DNA of 64,000 bases, taken from the NCBI GenBank assembly GCA_013239625.1, contig MU054037.1:62001-126000 (forward strand). The letters run 5' to 3'. Of this stretch, positions 27,806-40,244 are shown one piece after another. Each line of letters starts with the position of its first letter. Position 1 is the first letter of the stretch. The notes under the pieces are model-generated. The model searched no databases. It was not told the origin of the DNA and saw nothing but the letters and a program-made list of their open reading frames with translations. This DNA is from Lama guanicoe. Lineage: Eukaryota. Both the position numbers and the translations under genes were made by a program.

Positions 27806-28740
27806 TAGGCACATGAAAAAATGCTCGATATCGCTAATTATCAGAGAAATGCAAATCAAAACCACAATAAGGTATTAACTCACACCAGTCAGAATGGCCA
27901 TCATTAAAAAGTCCACAAATGATAAATGCTGGAGAGGGTATGGAGAAAAGTGAACACTCCTACACTGCTGGTGAGAATGTAGTTTGGTACAGCTGTTATG
28001 GAAAACAGTATGGAGACTCCTCAAAAGACTAAAAACAGAATTACCATATGATCCAGCAATCCCACTCCTGGGCATATATCCAGAAAGAACTCAAATTCAA
28101 AAAGATACATGCACCCCAACGTTCACAGCAACACTATATACAATAGCCAAGACATGGAAGCAACCTAAACATCCATTGACAGATGACTGGATAAAGAAGT
28201 TGTGGTATATTTATACAATGGAATACTATTCACCCATAAAAAAGAATAAAATACTGTCATTTGCAGCAAAATGGATGGACCTACAGATAGTCATTCTAAG
28301 TGAAGTAAGCCAGAAAGAGAAAGAAAAATACCATGTGATATCATTTATATGTGGAATCTAAAAAAAAAGAAAAAAGAAAAAAGAGGACACTAATGAACTC
28401 ATCTGCAAAACAGAAACAGACTTGCAGACATAATAAACAATCTTATTGTTACCAGGGGAAATGGGTTGGGAAGGGATAAATTTGGGAGTTTGAGACTTGC
28501 AAATGTTAGCCATTATGTATAAAAATAGATTAAAAATAGATTTGTTCTGAATAGCACAGGGAACTATATTCAGTACCTTGTAATAACCTTCAATGAAAAG
28601 AATATGAAAACAAATATATGGAGATATATATATATACATACATGACTGGGACATTATGCTGTATACCAGAAACTGACACATTGTAACTGACTATACTTCA
28701 ATTATTTTTTAAGTGAAAAAAAAAAAACCCAAAAAACAAA
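27806..28740 (+). mobile_element. 5'-truncated L1 (ORF2 C-terminus and 3'UTR)
   Basis: ORF 27984..28361 [29 protein letters not shown]... is the L1 ORF2 C-terminus; A-rich tail. Confidence 0.97.
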
Positions 28741-29689
28741 AGATTTGTGAACATGGTGAGGTAGGGTCATTTGCATGAAGTAAAAAGGCAACTAAAAGAA
28801 CTGGTCAGTGCAGTGTGCCTCTAGCACAGACTTGGCCCATGGACTCAAATATGCCACTTCCTGAAAGTTCTTTCTCCATAGTGATGAAGGATGACTCCTC
28901 TAAGTTAATAAAACTAACCCTCCAACTGATTTCATGTTCACCAAGCTATCTTGCCATGGTTTTTGTACAAGGTAAAAAATAAGCTGATCACTGTTAAACA
29001 GTCGTGGGTATTATGTCACGTATATACCTTACATGCATGTTTGGTGTCACAGGATCCTCATTTTTTTTTATTCCACAAGGTGAAATAGATTGTCTCTCCC
29101 TCTAAGATGCAGGCTGCCTGTAGAATACAGATACAACGCAGAGACCACAGGAGCCACGTGCACAGCAGTCTGTGCACTTCCTGCTCATACCCAGGGGGCA
29201 TGCCCCTTACTTGCTCAGACTCACAGAGATAGGAGAGATGCAGCCAGTCAAGGAAGCACACTTTCAGGGGTCAAAGCAGACGAAAGTGATCCCATATGCC
29301 TTCTCTTCTTTGGAATTATAATAATGTTCTGAGTGGAGTGGAAAGTGTCTCCACCTCAGCAAAAGTTCAGGATACCACACAAGGAAGCGTATATTATAGT
29401 CCTTGGAAATGACGACTAAAACAGTTAAAATTTTTACAGAAATTCCTACAAGCCCAAAGACTCTGGGGAATGCATGAGTTGAAAAGGAAAATTTTACTCC
29501 ACTTTCTGGTAAAGTCTCTGTTGCCTAGATCTGACTTCAGAGAAGGCCACGCTGGTAGCCCTGTCTTCAGGGGTTGGATAGCTAAATTAGAAAACAAAGA
29601 CACTACTGGGCCCACCCACCACCTAGTCTCTCAGGACCAGGTGGAGAAAGGCCACTTCCTCTCTTCTTAGTGTTTATATGGCACTACTA

Positions 29690-32600
29690 TGTTCATTCCA
29701 CTTCTGCCTTCAGCTCTCTCCCTCCAGCATCCTGTGAGCTGATCCATGCCATGCCAGTTCTTAAGATTTGACTTCCTCTGACTTCCTTTTTCTCCTCCTT
29801 GTACTGAGTGCATTCCTAAACTCCACCTTCTCACAATCAACTCACTCCTTGATCCCCCACAGCTGGCTTCTGTCCCAGCATTCCACTAAAGCCGCTCACA
29901 AATATCCAATGGATCTTTTCAGTATTTTATATTTCCTATGGAATTTGACACTGTTAACTGCTACCTACATAAACCTTCTCCTTTCTTGGCTCCCATGACA
30001 CCAGGCTCTTCTAGTTTTCCTACTTCTCTGACCCTTACTTTGCTGGCATCTTCTCATCACGCCCTTTAAATAGGACGTTTCAGCGTTCTGTCTTGGAAAC
30101 TTGGCTCAGGGCACTTCATACACACCCAAATGGTGATGACCGCCTAAACTTTATTGGGATGTATCTGTATCCTGATCTGTATCTCCAGTCCAGCACTTTA
30201 TTTTAAGCTCCAAAACTATAATTCTAATTACCTACTGAATATACCTGCTTTTAGGTCTTACAGCCAAAATCACCATGTCTAAAACTAAATTTTCTTTCCC
30301 ACTCTAATTTTTCTGCATAATCTGCTCAGTGAAGTTTATCACCATGCCCCAGTCTCTCTAGACTCCCCCTTCTCCTTCCAATCAAACTTCAAGTTTTTAT
30401 TGATTCTACCCACTGAATAGCTCCAAAATCCTTTCATTTATCTGTTTCTTGCCTGGACTTCTACAATAGCTTCTTAGAGGTCTCCCCATATCTAGGCTCG
30501 TCCCCTTCCAATCCATCCTCTACTCTAAAGCTAGCTTGATCATCCTAAAATGCAAACCTAATTATATGACCTCACCAGTGTAAACTTCTTCAATGGTTCC
30601 CATATGCCTCAATATTAAACTCTTTAACAACAATTTTAAGGCTATGTCCCCACACAATTCAGGTATAGTTCAAGGTGTTAGTCTCAAATTGGCCCTTCTT
30701 TTTCATATCCTCATGCTTTGCTTAATGTTCTTGCTTCTTTCTTCTGCATGAAGCACTCTTATTTCCTCTCTCCCTTATCTGCCTTTTTCTAGTTTATGAA
30801 GAAATTATAGCTGAGGATAATTGGTTTGTGTCACTGCTTCCAGGACGTCTTCCTGAAAGCTTCTTGCAACTCCTCTAATGATGGATTAAATACCCTCCTT
30901 CACATTTGTCTCATAGCACCCCTTCCACAATGCTATATAATGGCCTTTAACATTTGTCAGTCTCCTCTATGAGACTGAGCACCTCGAGAATACAGTGTAC
31001 ATTTTTAGATCTCCAGAAACCAGCAAAGGGTTGGGTCTGGTGTATGTCAGTATTCCATATGTCAGTTGAAAAAATAAATGCATAAGATTGATTTTAATCT
31101 TTAGTACACAATGTTTTCTATCAAGAAAAGGCAGGATTTATTTTACTATTCCAAATGTGTTTTAACTTCTCAACCCCACGGTTCTGAGTATTTTTAGTAA
31201 GCTGCCAGGCAACTCGACTTTAGTTTGCATGTATTGTAGGAAGCAAGAGGACAGATGTTGAGGCAGTAAATCCCAAATCTGGATCCCAGAGCTTAGTCAT
31301 AAACTCCATGGAATATTTTCTCACTGAATTACCAAGAATAATAGGCTCAAACGATATGTTTAAAATAGAAGGAACCACACACTTAGCCAGTCCTTTTTAA
31401 GCAAGCATGATTAACTACATTGTCTTTGAGAATCAGCCTCTCTGATTGTAGAGAAGCAGTTATGATTAGGTAATAACGCAGCTATTTCCTTATTTATGAT
31501 TATATAACTATCCTGTAGGATGGAATCTCAACTCTGCCTCTTACTAGCTCTGTGACTGGGCAACTTACATAACCTTTCAAGATCTTCATTTTCTAGACTA
31601 AAATTTTCAAAACATCCATCACTTACTTTTGGAAGTTGATGTGAAGAGGCAGTGAGCTCTGAATGAAGTGATCAGAGTGATCCCAACCAGCCCCATGGCC
31701 TCAGTTACTACTGTCCATCTGTGGGAAACGTTCTTAACTTACATTTAGTTCAGACATACATATCCTTGATCTTTCAGCTGCTTCCTTGACCTTTCAACTT
31801 GGATGATTCATAGGCACCTCAAATCTATTCTGCTCTCCCCCCTTCCCCCCAAACCTGTTTCTCCTCTAGCTTTCCATAGCACGACATCCACAGCTCAGAG
31901 AGCATCTCTACTACTCACCCAGTTGTGAGCCCAAGAACAATGGCACCATCCTCCATTCCTTCCTCAGCCTTGCCCTTCGCATCTAGTCAGCCCACTCATC
32001 CAGCAAATGAGTCCTGGGATTCTACCTCCCAAAGATTCTCATGTCCACCCACCCTCCTCCATCACACTGCCACCTTTTCAGTCCAACCACCACCCCTCCC
32101 ACAGCAGGCTCCTAACTCGTCTTTCAGCAGCCATTCTTGCCTCTCAACAATTTGCTTTCCACACTGCATCCAGAGTCATCTTTCCAAAGTCTCCATATGA
32201 TCACATCATCCACTGGTTACTTAAAACACTTCATGGATTCCCATTACTTTAGAATGAAGACCAAAATCCTTCATGTAACCTATAGGTCCTGCTTGTTCTG
32301 CCCCTTCTGGGATTTCCAGCCTCTCTTCTCACCCTTCCCTCACTCTTTGCCTCTTTTCAAGCCCTCACCTTGCCCTTCTTCCCCTGCCACAGGACCTAGC
32401 ACAATTTTTTTTACTCTGCCCAGAATATTCTCCTCCCACTCCCTTTGCTCAGCTACATTCTACTCAGCCTTCAGATTCCAAGTGAAAGTCACTTTCTCAA
32501 GGATGTCTCAGAGACCCCTCCCATAAACCCCACACTGGCTGGCACTCCTCAGGGCCCTCTAAACTTATTCTTCATATCACTTAAGGCTAATGTAATTAAT

Positions 32601-32910
32601 TAGCTATGTGCTTAAGTCTTCCACCTCATCAGTCATTCCCAATTCTGGCTGCACATTAGATCCACCAGAACACTTTGCAAAAATGCCAACCCCTAAGTCC
32701 CATCCCAGACTAATTAAATCAGAATCACTAAGATGGAGCCTGGGCATTGCTATTTTTTAATGGCTCCCTGGTGCATCTAATATGCAGTCAAGTCTGAGAC
32801 CACTGCTTTGGAGGGCAAGGACTATGTCTGCATATCCACAACTTTATCCCTATTGCCAAGCACACAGCAGTGTCTGCACACAGTAGGCACTCAATAAATG
32901 GTAACTGTAG
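29690..32910 (+). mobile_element. Two degraded L2 LINE 3' regions with intervening MIR/MER5 pieces
   Basis: Pyrimidine-rich L2 motifs (cccttccaatccatcctc, cagtaggcactcaataaatg). Confidence 0.7.
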
Positions 32911-33550
32911 TTATGATTATAATTGTTGTTGTTGTTACGGTCAATATGGTTATGATTACGATCATAGCTTTTTTCACATTTTTGGCATCTGTGATTCTTT
33001 GCCACATAATGCCGATTATGTAGCAGCTAAATCATCTTTTTAAAATTCAGCAGGTTTCTATTTTCCTGTCAACATAGAGCTTCAATTAAGGATTAACCAG
33101 AACCTACTAGACAAAATATTTTCACAACAAACTACATCTCCAAGGTGAAACAAAATACAAAGTATTTTTTTTTAAACCAAATTTGTATTTTACAATTCCT
33201 TTCTATGTAGGTGTGTAGTAGTAATTACAGTCATTTGAATAGGAACTTCTGTAGTTTTGTAATATCATGAATTAATTGGATTGGCTACTGCTTTGTCATT
33301 CTGATTCTATTTGATTTTTCACTCCTCTTTGTTAGTAGTTTTTCTCTCCTGACACGTGACCTATTTTACTAAGCAAAGGTCAGCCCCACTCCCCACCCTG
33401 GCTCAATGGTTTTATAAGAGACTGTAAAGGTATGGGAAGGCAGCAGCCTCCAGTCTGTTCCTAACAGGCAATTCCCTCAGCCATTTCTAGCCTATTTTTT
33501 AAAGGCAGCCCTGGTTCACCATCCCTGAAGCCAGCTTTGTGACATCATCT

Positions 33551-33738
33551 TTAGGACTGTTTAACACAATGGTGGGAAGGGGGTTGAAACACCACTGAGG
33601 AAATTGCTAAGAAGCTCTTCAAAGAAACAAGCTTCAAAATCACCCTAGGAGGTTTCTCAGCAGGAGTTAGTGGGGAAAGGTGGGGTAAGGGATTCCAAGG
33701 TACCCCCAAAGGAAGCTATTGAGCCCAATACCAGCACC
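33551..33738 (-). pseudogene. Nested relic putative last coding exon r
   Basis: Acceptor tcttgtttgcttgcctggcatctttccag|. Reads CWYWAQ*LPLGVPWNPLPHLSPLTPAEKPPRVILKLVSLKSFLAISSVVFQPPSHHCVKQS then TAA at 33553-33551. Confidence 0.45.
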
Positions 33739-34399
33739 CTGGAAAGATGCCAGGCAAGCAAACAAGACAGACACTATCACTGGAAAAAAGAGTACACGTG
33801 AATTTGAACCTTTGCAGTTGCTCACATGCCAATGTGATACATTCAGATGTACAAACAAGACATTACTTTACAAGGAGAGGGACTAGGGCCACAGAATTTT
33901 TCTGTGCTACCCTAAATTGCGGGCTGGTGGGGCACTCTTAGGGTGACTAACCATCCCAGTTTGCCCAGGATCATCCCAGTTTTAGCATCTTTTCATACCT
34001 CAGTCTTTTCAGTCACACCCTCTTCTCCTTTTGCCATCCCTACTCAGCCTCCCTCCTACCTTTTCCTGATGACCTCTGGCACTCTTAGTCTCACTTAAAC
34101 ACTTATCTTTCCTTCCCTAAGCTAATTTTTGTGCCTGATTTCACTATCATCTTCAGGCTTTCCACCATTCCAACTTCTTAAATACCCCTTGAATGAACGT
34201 GATTCATCTTTTTCAGATTAAAAAAAAAATCCCAAAGTTGAAAGGATCCTTACAGTACACACACTTCAAGGTTCCCAGCCCTGACTACAATGGAGAATCA
34301 CTTGGGACTTTTCCCAGTCATCCCAGAGCAATTTCATCAGAATCTCTGGGGGAAGGGGCCAGGTACTGGTCATTTTTAAAGCCCTTCAAGTGAATTCTA

Positions 34400-36130
34400 A
34401 TATACAGCCAAGTTTTTAAACTTCTTCCAAGTGGCAAATCTGCTTTTACTGATTTCTTGAAAGATGGGTGTTTAAGCTCTGCAGTAAAATTCTCCATTGA
34501 CAGGGAAAGAAGTACACGTCTGTGTAGACCTGGTCATTGCCAGACATCTGTTATTGTTAGAAAGCTCTTATCTTGGTTCAAGTTTTGTTACATTCTAACT
34601 TTCACCCATTGATCCCAATGAGCTATGAAGCAACGCAGAGTATGTTTGCTTGTTTTCTTTAAAAAAAATTTTAATCCTCAAAGACAGCCAGTATGTAAAT
34701 CCCATCATCAAGTTTCCTATTCTTGAGGCTAAATAGCCCCAGTTCTATTAACCATTCTTTATGTATTATGGTTGCCATGTATTGCCTTTCTAATTACTCT
34801 CCACTAGATGTCCTCCAGTTTGTTAATGTCCCTCTCAAAACTGCTCTGAACTAAGGATAATATTCAGATATAATGGAATTATTACATCTTTGATTTAGGA
34901 ATTTAACTTTACTTGACATCACCTAATATAACTAGTTATTTTAGATACTCATACTGAGAATTGTGGTCCAGTAAAACCTACAGATCTTTTTCATGTGAAC
35001 TACCTCCAAGTCTGGATTCTTATTCTGTGCGTATCATTTAAACGTCAACTTAATGGTTCCAGCCCATCTTTCCAGCTTGACAATACTTGATTCTTTTGTG
35101 TAACGCATTATTGTGCTCTAAAAACTATGTATTATTGGCAAATTTGCTAAGCATGCTTTCTATGTTTTCATCCAAGTCATCAATAAAATATGCTATATAA
35201 GACTGAGACAAGGACAGAACTGTGTCCTATAACCCTTTCCTCAAGGTGGTTTTCATATCATTTGTTGACATATTTAGCCATGATCCATACTAAAACTAAT
35301 GCTCTTAGTTCATTCTTATCCAGTCCATATTTCTCTATCTCACCTTTAAGTATATCATGAAATGCTTGTTATACATCTTTCTCATACTAAAGTACTTACA
35401 AGTAAAACGATATAATGTAAAGAAGTCCAATACCAACAACAAAAGAAAGACTAGTGAAAGGGAAAGTAACAGAGGAAACAAAAATCTCAGAACACATACT
35501 GATAATTGTTGAAGATGGGTCATGGGTATGTAGCAGTCTATTGTATTATTATACTATTATGCTATACTTTTTGTTTGAAATTTTCTATAACTAATTAATG
35601 TTGTGAACCTCTTGCTGAAATAAAATATACTATTTCTATGAATTTGAGAGACTGCCATAATTTATTAACTCTAGCACCCTGCTACACATCTTCTAAATTA
35701 GGGTGATTTGATACTACTTGATTTAGTAAATCCATGCCATGCTCGAGTGACTGTGGCTTTTTTTTTTCAGGTACTAATGAATCTTCCATACTTATTTTGC
35801 AAAGAATCAACCTCATGTGGAGTTTCCTGAATCCATTCTCTCCCATATTTTATGATTTAGATGACTAACTCAGAATTTAAAGAACATCATCTGTGTAAGG
35901 TCCTTTAAACTCATTTAGAAAAGTCAGGGGCCCTCTTAATAACTTCCCATCTGTTTCAGTGACTTCTTAGTGATATGTTTGAATTGATTGTGCTGCATTT
36001 TTCTAGACTGAAGCAAAATAGCAGTTCAGAGGTTCAAATTCCTTTGTAAAATCCATTATCTTTGTGCATCTCTCTTCCTGTTCATGTTCTTGCACTGAAC
36101 CATAACCAAAATAACATTTTTGTTATCTTT
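34400..36130 (-). mobile_element. L3/CR1 LINE relic
   Basis: aggctaaatagccccagttc...tccagtttgttaatgtccctc and tcatccaagtcatcaataaaa are typical antisense CR1 RT-region motifs. Confidence 0.6.
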
Positions 36131-36512
36131 AGCATTTTTTCCTGCATGCCTCATCTCCAAGTGACACTAATTTTAGAAGAATCCTCCTAGCTTCTAAACT
36201 TTCTTCTCAATTACTTGCCCTTTTTTTCTCTATTGTATTTGTACAATACAAATTTTTTTATTTTATAAAAGTTATGATCATTATAGAAATTTTTAGAAAA
36301 TAGAAAAATAAATAAAAGGGAAAGCTCACCCATAATTTCTGAGCTCCTTATCAAACTCCCTCTGGTCAAATGAGCGTTTTAAATGCCTTTCACTTCTCTT
36401 ATCCATTAAGATTACTTATGATTACATAAACAGACTTCTCATTTAGTTGGTTATCTCATTTTTCTTAAAGGGTCATCTCTGGGATCAAATCCAGCATATT
36501 CTATTTTTTGAA

Positions 36513-36634
36513 CTTTTTTTTCGGGGGTGGGAATTAGGTTTATTTATTTTATTTTTTAATGGAGATACTGGGGATTGAACCTAGGACCTTGTGTATGCTG
36601 AGCATGCCCTCTACCACTGAACTATGCCCTCCCC
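36513..36634 (-). mobile_element. Vic-1-type SINE with extra 3' sequence inside the TSD
   Basis: SINE homology; TSD tggttatctcatttt at 36448-36462 and 36637-36651. Confidence 0.88.
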
Positions 36635-37620
36635 ACTGGTTATCTCATTTTCAGACTCTTAACCTTTTTGAGCCATATTCTTTACAAATCTGGCCATGAG
36701 ATCTCACCTATCATTGTTCTGATTTTTTTTTTAAATCCTCTTTCTTAAAAATTAAGGCCATGTGTCATTACCTACATTTCTCTGCTTCAGGATTATTAAT
36801 GCCTAAATGAACTAGTCATTTCTCTTACATTCTTAACCATACCTTTCTTTTGAATCAAAATTAAACCAAGGAAGAAGGGCACTAAAATCTTCTAACTTGT
36901 AAGGAAAATCAAGGATTTTTCACATATTCTACTTTTGGAAAATTATATTTCCAATAAACATCTAGGTAAAGTTACAGTGTTTCAGAATTTCATACAGGGT
37001 TGGGGTGGGGGATAATGGAGAAAAGTGCTGCCAATATCTGTTGTTACCTTTGTGCCAGGCACTGTAGTAGGCACTTCACATAATTTTTTTTTATTTAAAA
37101 ATCTTAAAGATCCTGTATGTTAAGTATGGTTTTAGTCCCTGTTTCACAGAAAAGAAAAATACAGATGAGATAGGTTAAGCAAGTGCCCCAAGACAAGGTG
37201 GTAGAATATCTTTGAAATACTAGTAATTTGCATTTGCAGTGTATTAAGTCCTCCTTTGGTTGAAACATTCCACTGATAGTCTATTTTGCTTCTGTCCTCG
37301 CTTTGTAATGTGTAATAGAAACATTTCATCCAAAGTCTCCACTTGACCACGGTGGTTTATCTTATACAACAATGCCCTTTTCACTGTCCCTCTTTTGTAT
37401 TCTTACCCAAAGCCCTTAAAGGAGCTGCCAACCTCACACTTCTGTATTTTCATACAAACAATATCTTTAACATTCCCTCCCTCTCCTAAAACATTTCTGT
37501 CCCATGTCTTTAAATAAGAAATGGAATTCCTAGCCCTTGATGAATTAGGAGGCCCATCTTTTTAAGCCCCTTGTGACATGTAGAACTTTATGTTTATAGA
37601 AAGTAGAGGAAGAATCTTAC

Positions 37621-37851
37621 TGCAATCAGTTAAACTTTGATATGCAAAAAAAAAAGATGGTCAAAAGCTTGGAATACTAGACATCAAATTTCTCTAAAAG
37701 TTGTATCAATGAATTAGAGATTTAGTTTCCTTTTTTCTCTCGCAGCTCTTTCCCTGGAAATTAATACAGCTTATTATGCTTCACAGCGGAAGAAGCAAAG
37801 TCCATAGCCCAGCGCTCTCTGTGCTTCATTCTAATGTTGGTAGTTCATTAC
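37621..37851 (-). pseudogene. Nested relic exon q (231 nt)
   Basis: Boundaries gttttgcttttgttttttgatttag| and GCA|gtaaga. Includes AVLISRERAAREKRKLNL*FIDTTFREI*CLVFQAFDHLFF; a T10 run may have slipped. Confidence 0.55.
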
Positions 37852-38145
37852 CTAAATCAAAAAACAAAAGCAAAACTAAAGCTAGAGGTTACTAGATCCG
37901 GGATTCTGAGTAAGTCACATTCTAATTCTTTGTTTCTTCAACTGTAAAATGAAGATTTATGGTAATACTGGACAAGGCTGTTAAGGGGATTAAATTTAAC
38001 TGAATACTGTACAAAAAACTGCCATATGAACTGTAAATTCAATAATTATGATAATGATGATGATAGTTCACAAGGCCATAACTTCATTTGTAATCAACAT
38101 ATAAAAATCAAATATGTAATACTCAAGTAACCAGATTCTCTTTAC

Positions 38146-38583
38146 ATCTGTCAATGGTATTGAAATTTTTAAAAATTTCCAGGGTTCCTCTTTTTCTCAT
38201 GATAGAAAACTTCAGGGTGGATGAGAAGATTCCTGTCCTTCAGCATTCACTGATATTTTCCCCACTGGATTTGCTGTTTGAGGAGCCAACTTTTGCTGCT
38301 GAGAGTGGGCATGGAGAGCCAGATCTCAGGCTGGGCCTGCTATGGTGGGTACCAGTCCTGAGTTGCCCTCTTCCTTGGGGAGCAACATGAACCTCAGGTT
38401 TTAGAATCAGAGTTCACTTTCTCAGGTAAAAAATGGGGGATACAGCAGGGAGAGGGGGGAGCTAGAGAATCTGCACCTTCTTCCTTTCCTGCTGGTCTTC
38501 CCTCTTTCTCCAGGTTTGTCTTTCAGGGTACTGGAAGTCCTTGGGCTCAAAGTACCCTCTATCTTCCACTGCTCCTCATTCAA
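38146..38583 (-). pseudogene. Nested relic exon p (about 438 nt, internal frameshift likely)
   Basis: Boundaries atttcttctttag| and GAT|gtaaag. Starts E*GAVEDRGYFEPKDFQYPERQTWRKREDQQERKK. Confidence 0.5.
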
Positions 38584-39638
38584 CTAAAGAAGAAATACGT
38601 CTGGTGGCCTTAAAACTGGAAGGGAGTTGTGTGGTCCTTTACACCTGAGAATGAATTGTTAAGATGGACTGTGGCAAAGCTGAACAGAAAGAACAGGTGT
38701 TTGGAAGCAGTATAGGAAGGGGAGGGCCAAACTATCCTTTGGGATGGTTTGGGAGCAAAGGGCTTTTGGCAGCACCCAGGCACTGGGCACCACAATGGGA
38801 GGATGTAAGGGGTCAGGAGGTAGACGAGAGGCTCAGAAATGAGGCCCTCACATAACACATCTACTTCACCAGCACCCAGTTTTAACCTATACCTGTCTCC
38901 TTCCCTCCTCCTCAGATGAAAAGAGCAGGACTCTAGACCAGAAAAACTCCAGTTATCTTCACAATCATCTTCATCATCATTTGTTATGTGCTTGCTGGGT
39001 ATCAGGCACTGTGCTAAGCACTTGACATGCATTTTTCATGAAATCCTCCAACACTGTAGATATTGTTAACCCACTTTACCCTTGAGGAATCTGGGAGTCA
39101 GAGAGTTGAGTAGTGTGCTCCTGGTCACACAGATAACAAGTGTAGAGCTAGAATCTGAATACAAGCCTGTCTGACTCTGGGAATCCTATGCTCTTATTAG
39201 GAGAAACTAAAACTCAATTAACTTTTTTCTCTTCTATCCCTCCCACCCCCACTTACCCACCTAACCACTTCCCTCAGCCAAGCATAGTCAGTTTACATAG
39301 CCATCCTCTGAGAAAAGTCACAACAGATGGTTTCTGTCTCTTAAGTTGCTAGGTTGGGTTTTTGTGACTGACTTTCATGTCCTGTGCCCTTATGGTCTTG
39401 GCGACAATAGATTGTTTCAGTAACTGCTGCTTGAGCCAAAGCCTGGGCTGGGCTTGCATGATCTCATTTAATATTCATAACAAAGCTGTAAACTAAGTAC
39501 TAATATTAATGCCACTGCACAGGTGGGGAAACTGACACTCAGAGAAGTTAAGTTACCAACCCGAGGTTGTACAGCTAGTAAGAGGCAGAATTAGGTTTGG
39601 AAGTCAGTTCATCTGAATGCTTGAAAACACTGCTCTAC

Positions 39639-39741
39639 CTCCTTTTGCAGGGGAGATCAATGGAGGTGGCCTGGAACAAGAGACCCTCTTGAAATCAATT
39701 TGGGACAACGGAGGGGGGTTGTCCAGCCATTGAAGCAGGAG
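39639..39741 (-). pseudogene. Nested relic exon o (103 nt, phase 0-1)
   Basis: Boundaries ctcttctctgattctgttctgtctgcag| and GAG|gtagag. LLLQWLDNPPPLSQIDFKRVSCSRPPPLISPAKG is open. Confidence 0.55.
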
Positions 39742-40119
39742 CTGCAGACAGAACAGAATCAGAGAAGAGCTGAGTTTTGGCAATGGAAGAGTGATCAGAG
39801 GGGGAGACTTTGACAGTGGCTGTCCAGTCACACGAGCTGGTGCTATGCACTCATCAAAGGGGCTCCCATTCCAGCTGCTATGCAGCAACAGAGCCTGTTA
39901 TCCGTGTTTCCTGACTTTTCTGTATAAGCTGTCAACTCCTATCACCTTGGGAAACAGAACCCAGTCCTCATCACCTGTGCCTCACACATACACACTCTCT
40001 AGGCTTAAACTCCCTGCACACACTCCATCCCAATCTGGCCTGATGAAATGAAGTGGTGAGAGCCTTGGAGCCTTGCAGTCCCTGAAGCTTGAATCCTCCC
40101 CCTACCCCAGCCTCCTTAC

Positions 40120-40244
40120 TTCGTCTCCAAGTAACTCTCTCCCCTCCTTCTTCATTGTCTTCCAGCTCCAGGAGAAGGAGCGCTGAGGCCTACGGGTACT
40201 TTCCAAAAGGCTCCCACGTGTTCCACATGTACATCAAATGTTTC
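40120..40244 (-). pseudogene. Nested relic exon n (125 nt)
   Basis: Boundaries ctgacttgctgttcccccag| and GAA|gtaagg. Ends ...FSWSWKTMKKEGRELLGDE; GAA-rich. Confidence 0.55.
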
